A program made the position numbers and the translations under genes. Below, in pieces: positions 18,949 through 30,088 of a stretch of 64,000 nt of DNA. Each line of letters opens with the position of its first letter. Positions within the stretch are counted from its first letter, which is position 1. Source of the stretch: the human T2T-CHM13v2.0 reference genome, Homo sapiens. The notes under the pieces were generated by a model that was not told the origin of the DNA, did no database searches, and saw nothing but the letters and a program-made list of their open reading frames with translations. The stretch lies in assembly GCF_009914755.1 (NCBI RefSeq), contig NC_060930.1; one strand, written 5' to 3'.

Positions 18949-20001
18949 AACCAATCCTACCACTCTTGACTTTCCCAAACACATTCCCCAACAGCAGCAA
19001 GCTTCTTCAGACCTCCATTCCCATCTCTGCTGCCTCCACTCTCCAAGGCTTTCTAGCATCTTAAGGCATCAAGAGTATTGGTGACTTGTAGTATCAGTGT
19101 TAGGAAAAATGCCTTCTCCAAATCCCATATGAGACCTGGCCATGTAAGGCCCCTAGTGTCAAGCCTAAGACTCATGGCTCCTTGGGCCCAGTCCCCAAAA
19201 TCAGGGCTGCACAGGTCTGAATAGCAAAGCCAGGCTTAACCTTGTTTCCCATCCTAAACTTGCCAAGTGTCCTCTCTCTAGGCCTCCCTGTAGCTAAGGG
19301 CTAGGGCCAAGGAAAAATGAACCATCAATCTCCCACCTCTGCCCTTGGCCAATGCAAAGGGCTTCCATTCCACATGTGGGAGCTTCACTCCCCACCCCAC
19401 ACATGGTCCTTCTCCACATGTTATACATACACATTCCTGGTCCCACCTCAATGCGGCTAGGAACCCCAGGTGTCCACTCTTGCTTGGGATGGCAGGTGAT
19501 GGAGGCTAAAGATCTCCCTTCGGTGCCCTGCACACCCACCAGACAGAGCTGGGCCTCAGCCCTTTGCAAGGGCCTGACAGGCAATCACAGCTATCTCGAT
19601 GGGTTCCAGTTCAGTCAGTGCCCCACCCCTTGCTTTCAGAACCTGCTCAGTAGGCCGTGCTTGTAAAACTGTTTTAAATAACTCTTGCTAAAGCAGATAG
19701 TACCAGAGAGCAGAAACTCAGCGCCCAGGTCCTTAATGGTTCCTTCTCTCTACCCTCCTTCCCCTCCCACCCCCCACGTGTAAACAGTCCACAGTCACAC
19801 CAGCGCTTTGGGAAACAGAAGCCCACTCTCGGTCTTCCTGGGCCACTGCTTCTCATCGTTGGTCTTTGGGGATCAAAGACTCCTCTGTGTCTGAGTCAGG
19901 TCGCCCAACACCTGCTGTGTACCTCCCACCCCCCACAAGAAACAAGTGCCCAGATCCTTAAAGACACAGTTTGTTGGAGTAGAGCTAAGAGAACCCCTGG
20001 C

Positions 20002-20119
20002 TCAGGAGGTGGCTTTCCGATGGGCCCCTGAGCAGACATAGGAGATGGGATGGCGGGTCCCAGGCCTCACGGTGAACGTGTTGATGGGGCTTCCATAGCG
20101 GGTGGTGGTGTAGGGAGAC
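20002..20119 (-). CDS. C6orf132: C6orf132 last coding exon (SPYTTTRYGSPINTFTVRPGTRHPISYVCSGAHRKATS*)
   Basis: Acceptor ctcttgctctcccccag|G, phase 2; TGA at 20004-20002; total spliced CDS 3567 nt = 1188 aa + stop. Confidence 0.92.
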
Positions 20120-20459
20120 CTGGGGGAGAGCAAGAGATGTGAGGTGAATATCTGCAGCTGGTTAGCCAACACGTCTCTCATCTCCCCGAGGGACCGAGAG
20201 GAAAAGATGCTGCTCATACTTCTGTATTTGCCCCGACAAGCCCTGGGCTTATCGACCCCAGGGAGGGACCGCAGACATCACAAACAGGGCTCCCATTCTG
20301 GTCTGGGCCCTGCTGGCCGGAGAACATGCCTAACAGCCTTTCACTCAGAACTCTTTCACTCCTGGCCTGTGTCGGGATCCAACTCTGTGTTGGGAAATCC
20401 CTCCACCCAAGGGCCACTCAGATCTCTCCCCGCCCCACACTTAGCCTGACCTCTGGGAT

Positions 20460-21210
20460 CTAGCGGGCGGGAGAGAGACAGACGAGAGGAGCTGGTGGGG
20501 AAAGAGAAGGGAGGTCAGGAGGGAGGTCAGGAAGGCGCCAACAGCGCCCTCTCCCGGTAAGTGGGCCTCCCTCCCGCGTTCTACCTGCAAGGCCGAAGGG
20601 AGAAAACCAAATGTTTTCTCTTGACGGATGGCCGGGACTCCTTGGCCCTCGCCTGGCTTTCCACCCCTCCTGGCTTCCCGCACCAGCCGGGCCCGCAGCT
20701 CACCTGCCGGCAGCTGGGGCGAAGCCGTAGTCGGCGCTGCCGGGCGCTTTGTGCTTGGCCTCCGCGGCGCCCCGGGCGGCGCCCTCCAGGGACAGCCTCG
20801 GCGCGTGCAGGCCTCCGGGGGGCGCGCGACCCGCCGAGTTCACGCGCCGCATCTCGGGGCCTCCGGGCTGCGGCCCGAAGCAGTTGGGAGAGCTCAGGCT
20901 GCGGCCGGTGCCACCGTGGGGTAGCCCTGGGCCTCGGTGCGGCTCCCCGACGTACAGGCGCTTCTTTATGAGCGAGCGGCCCCCTCCCGAGAAGCGCTCC
21001 AGGCCCCCAGCCCCGGCGTAGCGCGCGCCCGCGGGAAAGCGCGAGAAGCCGAGAGCCGGGGGCGCCCCGGGGCCAGCGTTCGGGAGCTGCCTCAAGTCTG
21101 AGTAGTTGTTCCGGGGAGGGGAGCTCTGGCGGCCCAGATACTGGAGGGCCGGGGCCGGGGGCTCAGGGTCATTGCTGAACTCTGGCGGCGGTGGTATGAC
21201 CTCGAAGTTG
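20460..21210. promoter_or_regulatory. Intragenic CpG island over the 3' end of exon 4 and intron 4
   Basis: Sharp local rise in CpG (cgcg, gcgcgcg runs) compared with the CpG-poor remainder of exon 4. Confidence 0.75.
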
Positions 21211-23824
21211 AACTCCTCCTCCTCCTCCTCCCTCTTGTTCGAAGGAGAAGGTGGGGAGGAGAAGGACTTGGGCAGCGGGTGGCCCTGGGGGAGGTTGGAG
21301 GGAGCTACTCTTTCCCAGGCCACAGGGGCCTGGGGCTCTGGCTTTGTCCAGTTGTGCCTGCGGCTCAGCTCTGTGCCCTCTGCGTCTCTTCCCAGCCGCG
21401 GCCCCCACTTATTGGGTATTTCGGTCGTCAGCGGGGAGTCCTTCTCAGCCTCCTTGGGTAACTTGGGCACCACAGTGAAGGAGTTGGGCGTGCCCTGGCT
21501 GTGGAAGATGCTGTCAGAGCTGGCCTCGGCTTGGTGGCTGTGGTCACGGAGACTTCCTGGCAGAGAGGACCGACCCAGGGCAGCCCCTACAGACCTTCCC
21601 TTCTGAGCCCTCTGCCTGGCCGCCAGGAGCAGGGCCATCGGCGAGCCCCGCTCCACCACCTCCCCAGTCACCGGGTGCCTGAGGAGTTCATCAGTGGGCT
21701 GGGCCGAGGCAGGAGGCTTGGCTGGCAGCCCTGGGGGCTCCTTCACCTCCACGGGCTCCCCTGGCCCTGCAGCCCCTCCTCTGGCCAGGGTGGGCATCAC
21801 CACAGCAACCTCACGGCTGAGGCTGCTCTGGTGGCAGTGGGGCTTGTAGAGACATGGCACCTCTCCTCCACCAGGAGATGTCTTTGGTGGGAAGGCTGCA
21901 GATGAGCGGGCTCCCTGTGTGGGCAGCCTAGTGGCCTCTGAGGGGGACCCCTCTCCCCTTGCCTGGGAGGGAGTGGAAACTTCTTGAGATGCTGGCTTCT
22001 CTGGCTGGCCAGCTGGGCCTGAGTCCTTCTCTGCCATCAGTTGGGATGTGGTGGTGGGCAGAGTTGTGGCTGTAGATGCTATGGCAGGGCCAGATGTGGC
22101 CTTGAGTGGTGTGGTTGGCCCAGATGTGGCCTTGAGTGGTGTGGCTGGCCCAAGTGTGGCCTTGGGTGGTGTGGCTGGCCAAAGTGTAGCCTTGGGTGGT
22201 ATGGCTGGCTCAGGTGTGGCCTTGGGTGGTATGGCTGGTCCCAACATAGCCTTGGGCTGGAGTGATGTAGTTGGCAGCAGGGTGGTGGATTGAGGTGGCA
22301 GATTCTTGGCCACAGGCTTGGAGAGTTTGTCATCATCAGCCCCGTTTTCACAAATTCTTCCCCCTTCTAGCCGAGGCTTAGGGGGCAGAGATCCTATGCT
22401 GGGCTTAGCCTCCTTCTCTGCTGCTGAGGAGAGCCGGGCCTCCAGCTCATTCCGGATCTGCCGCACACTGGGAGTTGGAGAGTCTTGGGGAATGTAGTCC
22501 ACAGAGGGCAGGGTCAGGCTGGGGGCAGCCTCTGTCTCTGTCAGGCTGCTGCCGCCAAGACTCTTTTCAGGAACACCTGGGGGAGTGTCCTTTGCTGGCA
22601 GGCTCAGGGGAGTCTCCTTCTCAGGCAGGCGGGGGCCCTTCTTGCCCTCCTTGCTCTGAGGGGCCACTGTTGGGCCTGGCCTGTGACTGAGGAATCGGTC
22701 CTCTCTCCTGGAGCCACAGAGATAGGCTGCCAGCTCGTTCCGCAGCTTTTCCATCTGGCTGGGGTCCCTCCAGTCCACAGGTGCTGAAGACGCTGTGTTC
22801 TCTGGGCTGGGGGGGTTGGGTTTGGGTTTGAGAGCAGGAGAGCTGGATTTAGGGGTTTTTGTAAACCCAGCAGGTGGATGGGCTGCCTTCTGAGCACAGG
22901 GCAAAGGAGGTGCAGCTGGGGGAAGTGGGGGTGCTGGGGGAGGGAGGGGGGGTGCAGGAGGGGGCAGGGGAGGGGCTGGAGGCGGAGTCCCAGCTCGTTC
23001 ATCTGCTTGGGACTGGGACTGGCCAAGCCTTGGGCTGGCTGGTGCTGTGGCCTTGAGCTCCCCAGGGCAGTCTGGCTCGGGGGCCCTGTCTGGGTAGACC
23101 TGGGAGGCGGGGCGGATGTGGAAGCTGGGAGGCAGTGGGAGTCGGCTGGGAGCCTTCTTGGTGGCCCCCTCTTCCTTTCGGGGAGCCTCTTGTGCTTCCT
23201 GAACTGGGATGGACGAAGTCCTGACTGGGGTTGGGGGAGGCACTTTGAAAGAACGGGGGAAGGTGAGATGGGGCTCTGGGTTAGGTCCCAGGGCGCTCCC
23301 CTTTGGCTCAGCAGGGCTTCTCGGGGGGCTGGCTCTGGTGGCCTCTGCCTGCCTGCCATTCAGTGCTACATCTGATTTCCACTTGGTGACACCCCCAGGG
23401 GGAAAGAGACGAGTCCCCACTGTGTGAGGAGATGCTGGAGCTGGGGGTGCTGGGGCTGGCACAGGAGGCGGTGGGGGGGCTAGAAAGGCCAAGGGTGGGG
23501 CAGGGGGAATGAAGTCAGGAGGGGTGGGTATGGATGGGGAGGAAAGAGTGTGTGGTGGGGATAGGGCCTCCAATACTGGGGGTGGAGGTGGGGCCATGCT
23601 GGGCGGGGGTGGGGGTTCCAGCAGCAGGGGAGGTGGTGGGGGTGCTGTGGAAGGTGGAGATGGCAGTGGCGACCCCCCTGGAGGTTCTGAAATGTCCTGA
23701 GGGGGCCCTGGGGCTGGGCCTGGGGGAGGTGGGGGGATGAGTAGATCCTGGCCATATTGTCCAGGCCTCAGGTCACCCACAGAGCTGTACAGTCGGAGGT
23801 TGCCATTGACTAGTGAGCTGGTAC
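20704..23824 (-). CDS. C6orf132: C6orf132 coding exon 4 (3121-nt internal exon, proline-rich disordered region)
   Basis: Lies in the 1060-aa ORF 20700..23882; acceptor ctccttctttcag|GT at 23824; donor GGCAG|gtgagc at 20704; phases match both neighbours. Confidence 0.95.
22074..22253 (-). repeat. Coding 30-bp tandem repeat, 6 units (KAT[L/S]GPA[T/I]P[P/L] decapeptide)
   Basis: KAMLGPAIPP/KATPEPAIPP/KATLWPATPP/KATLGPATPL/KATSGPTTPL/KATSGPAIAS; 30-nt periodicity visible in the DNA. Confidence 0.9.
22899..22985 (-). repeat. Coding polyproline heptad repeat (PPPAPPL)x4
   Basis: Translation PPPAPPLPPPAPPLPPPAPPLPPAAPPLP; G-run-rich on the + strand. Confidence 0.85.
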
Positions 23825-25393
23825 CTGAAAGAAGGAGAGGCAAAGATGGGGGGCAGGAACAAGGCAGACTAGCCCTGCCCATTTCTGTTTACCCAGGGCA
23901 GGGGCAGGGGTGGGCACCCAAGAGAATGACTGGATCATTTTCTCCTGAACACCAAGAGAGGGAACAGCCCTGTGTCCAGTCTCCTGAGCTGTCCTGGGGG
24001 TGTCCCCCCTTCTTTCTAGGGAGCATCTCCTGCCTGTCCCTGGCACAGCCTTTGAAGCCTGTATGGAATTACCTCCATTTGCCTCCCCAGAGTCACCCTC
24101 TAACCTGTGCCGGGACTCCCTTGCCCCCTGAGATGGGGGGTGGGGACAAGAGGGCCAGGGCACTGATTCCTCTGGCTGCCTCCTGGCTGCGTCACAGGTT
24201 GGCAGCAGCTGTCTTTCCTGCCCCGCAGACACAGGTCCTGTCGGGGTGTCCCTCTCCCACTATGTTCAGTCCCTGGGTGTCACTGTCCCCAGGAGACAAG
24301 AGTCGCCTAACCAAGCTCACACTCTGGTATACTGTCCCTTTACTCAACTCTCTTCAGTTATCCCCTTTGAGTGCGCCATCTGTTTCTTGCTGGGACCTTG
24401 ACCTTGGCCAAGCCAGAAAGTCCAGGGTTCAAATCCCAGCTCTACCACTTACTAGATGAGTGACCTTGAACACACTAATTAACCTTGCTGAGCCTCAGTT
24501 TCCTCATCTGTCAAAGGGGCATGATGTCAGTGCTCGCTTCTTACAGCTGTTGTGAGGATTAAATGAGAGAATCCATGCAAATACACAGAAAGGGCTTGTC
24601 ATGGTGCCAGGCCTCCAGTAGGCATTTAATAAAATGGAACCACTTTGATTCCTACCATCTGTGCTTAACTTTTCAGACTGTGTGAGACAGGGAAGGTGGG
24701 AAAGAGATAGGAAGTCATGGGGCAGGGGCGAGAGACCTCCTCAGTGAGGAAGGCTGGGTGAGAGACCCGCAGGAGGGAGCAATTTGCACAAACTACTCCT
24801 GCTTTCTAAAGACCCTGAAACTATTAAGAACCCAGCTGTCCACTTCATAGAGAATGGAGGCAGATTCTGGACTGCAGAATAGAACAGGGGTGTGCAGAAG
24901 GAAGGTGGCCTGGACAATCTGGGTGCTAAAGAGATGCTGAGAGCCCCTGGCCCCAGCAGCGCACATCCCTCTCTTGTCCTCGGACCAGGTCCCCAGCCCC
25001 TCTCCCAGAGTCTACTTCCTTCTTAGGGGCACCCATCCTTTGCTCCCCTCCTCTCAGTCCCTAACAGTGTGGCGAACCTGGGGAGTGTGCGGCTCTGAAG
25101 GGCTCCTCCCAGCTGCCTGACTTCAAACTGAAGAAACCAAGAGTGGGGAAGGGGAAAACTAACATTCACTGAGCACCCAACTGTCAGGCAGGAGTTAGGA
25201 GCTGGGGTACAGCAGCAAAAAAACCAACAAAACAAAAAACAGACAAACACTGGTCCTCCTAGGGAGCTTACGCTTGAACGGGACAATGAACATAATGTGT
25301 GAGTACATTATTATCACATTAGAGGATGAGTGCGATGGGAAAAAACACCAGCAGGGGAGGGGTGCAGCAGGTGCAATTTAAATAGGGCAGTCC

Positions 25394-25697
25394 GGCCGGG
25401 TGCGGTGGCTCACACCTGTAATCCGAGCACTTTAGGAGGCTGAGGCAGGTGGATCACGAGGTCAAGAGATAGAGACCATCCTGGCCAACATGGTGAAACA
25501 CTGTCTCTACTAAAAATACAAAAATTAGCTGGGCATGGTGGTGTGCACCTATGGTCCCAGCTACTCAGAGGCTGAGGTGGGAGAACTGCTTGAACCCGGG
25601 AGGCAGAGGTTGCAGTGAGCTGAGATCACACCACTGCCCTCCAGCCTGGCAACAGAGCGAGACTCCATCTCAAATAAATAAATAAATAAATAAATAA
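25394..25697 (+). mobile_element. Alu with (AAAT)n tail inside an L2 remnant
   Basis: Alu consensus; L2-like flanks. Confidence 0.88.
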
Positions 25698-26456
25698 AGC
25701 AGTCTGAGAAGGCCTCGCAGAGAAGGTGACATTTGAGCAAAGAAGGGAGGAGTGAGGGAGACGGCCACACAGATGCCTCGCAGAAGAGCATTCTAACCTG
25801 AGAGGTCTGCAGTGCAAAGACCCCAAGGCGGAAATGTGCCTGGGGTATTTCAGGAGCAACAGGAGATGCTGTGGCCGGGGCAGTGTGGGAGGGGAAAGCA
25901 AGCAAGCAAAGTGGCCAGACTCCGGTCAGACTCCAGCAGTCCTTGCAAGAACCTTTTCTCTGAGTGACACGGGAAGCCATTAGTGAGTTTGAAGCACCTC
26001 TGAGAGGTGTGACAGACATGACATACATCCCATCCACCACTTCATTTACTCCTCCAAACTGAACTGTTGTTCCCATCGTTCGTTGGAAGATACAGAGGTA
26101 GGAGGGGTGAAGTGTCTTGCCCAAGGGAGCAAAGTGAATATGTGGGGAGCTGGGATTCAAAGCCAGGCCCTTCTTCCACTTTATGCTGCACTTGTTCCTG
26201 CTCTGGCTTTGTCCCCTTGCCATCCTTCCCCCGCCAGAAAGGGGCCTTCACTGACCGTGGCTCTCCTCAACTCCCAGCCCCACTGCCCTAGCCCACTGCG
26301 GCCAGTAATCAAGATGACTGAGGATGGCGAGAGTGGCTGTGCCTGAGGACTCTGGCTTTGTCACCAGCTGTGGAGATGAGCAGATGCTTAGCTTTTGAAC
26401 TCAGGGCCCTAGGAGGAAAGAAAGATGGACAAGCCCCAAGCCCAGGGTTCACTTAC

Positions 26457-26532
26457 CTGTCACTTCTTTGTCTGCAAAATCATCTGGAACCGAGGGGGTG
26501 GGCACAGCCAGCCCATGGTTTTCCTGGGCATT
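26457..26532 (-). CDS. C6orf132: C6orf132 coding exon 3 (NAQENHGLAVPTPSVPDDFADKEVT, 76 nt)
   Basis: Acceptor ctctttcag|AAT and donor ACAG|gtaagt; phase 0 in, phase 1 out. Confidence 0.9.
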
Positions 26533-26708
26533 CTGAAAGAGACCAGAAAGAAATCAGGGGACAGGGAAAGATGGACAGATAATTCTCAAACTGCTGCTCT
26601 TTGAGGCCATTTTACTGCTTGAAAATCTGCAGTGACGGTCATGGTTGCATAACCTTGTGCATATACCAAAATATAAAAGGCTGATTTTAAAAAGTGAATC
26701 TTGTGGTA

Positions 26709-27199
26709 CAGTCAACCAATCATCACTATTTGTCATAGTTATGTTCTATAAAGTTGCAATGAACATAGTATTAGTAAATATTGACCCGTTGCTCCTAGGG
26801 GAAATACAGGGTTAGGTTCCTATGAGCCTCTGGTCACAAGATTTTTGTCAACTGATCAATACATAACCATAACCTTGTTTTAGCTGTGTTTCTGCCTAAA
26901 GACATTTTAATATATTTTGTTGGTTGGTTAACATTGAACTCATGGCCGATAGCACTATAACACATGACACTAAACAGAAAAAGACACTTGTTTTTGTATG
27001 ACAGCTAAAACAAGAAGGCATAGAATCCTCTTGTTCAGCTGGGAACATGTGCATTGAGCAACTCAAAATTTTCACTGCTCTGTGCATGTCTGCAAATGAC
27101 CACAGAAGCAACACAAGCATTGATTCTGGGGTTACAAATACGTTTTAGCCACTAAGCAAATTTGCAAATACAGAATCCACAAATAGGGAGGATTGACTG
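26709..27199. mobile_element. MER82-like (TcMar-Tigger) DNA transposon
   Basis: TA|cagtcaa...ttgactg|TA inverted termini with TA TSD; internal ttgctcctaggggaaatacagggttaggttcct matches recalled MER82. Confidence 0.7.
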
Positions 27200-27364
27200 T
27201 ATATGAATTCCATCTTGATGAAAAAGACAAAACAAACAAATAGAATCTGCATTGACTCTCCATGGAGGTCCACAGGTGAAAAGCCAAACTCCTCAGCCTG
27301 GCCTCCTGTGTGTTCTTAGTTTTCATTAGGTGTTTACAGAAAAATAAAAAGTGATGAACTTGAA

Positions 27365-27981
<617 letters not shown>

Positions 27982-29753
27982 TAGCTCTACAGATGCCCTT
28001 CTGATCGCTAAGCTTAAGAGGCTATAATATTTTTACACAGCTGTCAGTTTGTACATACTATTTTGCATTCTATTTTTTTTTTCCAAACACACATTTCCAT
28101 ATGTCAACAAAGTCCACACACCTGCTGTTTTGAAGAGCTGTAGAGCATTTTAGGGTAGTTTTCAAGGTCCCCAATGACCTGGCCTCATGCTTCCCAGCCA
28201 ACTGTTATTTCCCACTCACCTATTACACCCATCCCACATTGTAGCTTCACCGACTCCCTGCCACCTTTTCAACCACCCCATATAGTCTGTGTTCATCCAT
28301 GATGCTGGGCATTGGTCAGCTGTACCTGTCATTCCCACTCTCCATTTATAACAATAATCATAGTCATAATACTCCTTGCACTGTGCTCTAACTAAACACA
28401 TTATCTCAGTCACACCACTCTGTATAGAAGAGGATGTCATCATTTACCAGATGAAGAAACTGAGGCTCAAAGACCTTTGGTAAGTTGTCTAAAGTCACAC
28501 AACCAGTACTACCAAACCCAGGTCTGTGGAGCTCCCACTCCTTAGTATTTTGCCTCCCTAAAATCCCTTATCCTTCAAGGATTAGCTGAGCCCCTCTAGG
28601 ATGATGGAACAGGGGTAGGGGATAAGAGCATTGGCTCTGGCTTTCCAGCCTGTCTGGATTTGAATATCAGATCTGCTACCTATTAGGTGTATGACTATGC
28701 AAGTTACTTAATCTCCCTGTGTCTCAGTTTCCCCATCTGGGAAATGGTGATAACAATACAATTACCCATTGTAGGGAAGCTGTGAGGACTAAATGATGCA
28801 ATGCACAAAAAGCACTTGGGAGCCATCCCCTGTCCGCACCACACTGACTCACTGCTACCCAGAGCAACCCACAGCCAAGCTCCCAAAAGAGGGGAGACAC
28901 TTGTTTGCACTCCAGATTGTCCTCTAGTTCCTTCAGTGAGATCTGGGAGCTCCTTGGAGCCCAGGGACCATGTCTTATGGTATCCCCCAAAGCTGGATGC
29001 ATAGTGAGCCCAGTTGTTAGTGATGGGCTGATGGTACTAACCCTCTGGACTTAATATACAAGAAGGGCACTCAAGGTCGATGTTACAGAAATATCTATGA
29101 GACCCTGGGTTACCAAGGGCCATCTCAGAATTACTCTGGTCACTTGGGATCAGCAAACCACTCATCTTGTTCTTGAAGAATTCTGAAGCTGGAATGGCCT
29201 TGAGCCATCAACTTGTCTTTTTTTTTTCCTGCCTTTACTTGATTTGCATGGCCAACAACATACCTGTTCTCAACTTTTCTCAAACCCAGTGATTGGGAAC
29301 CAGGGGCAGGTATAGGGACCCAGCCCATCAGAAGTGTGTCTCCCATGACATCCTGAGATGTGCCACACACACATGCAAATCACTGACATTCTAATAACCT
29401 CCATCAAGTACACACACTCTGATTTTGATGAGATGGAGGCCAGGCCTTCAAAAGCCAGGGTTGAGATCTCTGATTAATTTCAACATAATTGAAAAGCGGA
29501 AAGGCTGGGGACTTAGCATCAAAAGTCTTGGGTTCCATTCATGCTCAGGCTTGCCAGCAGTGTAGCCTTGGATGAGCAGTGGAGATGTGGGATGGGGACA
29601 GTGATGTTGAGCCATTGTCCAGGCTCCTCCTGTGCAATAGCCCTATACTAAGAGTGTGACCGGTGTCACCTCAAATCCCTTCACAGAGCCAGGGTGCAAA
29701 CCTAGGCTTTCCACCTTACCTTTTCTACAGATCACTGAGACCCATTTTCTTCA

Positions 29754-30088
<335 letters not shown>

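Noticed and set aside
22604-23359. 251-aa alternative-frame ORF inside exon 4, and antisense ORFs there
   Set aside because: Expected by-product of GC-rich, proline-codon-rich sequence; no independent support
23825-23882. Start at 23882 of the 1060-aa ORF
   Set aside because: Lies in the intron 3 pyrimidine tract; the spliced model explains the frame fully
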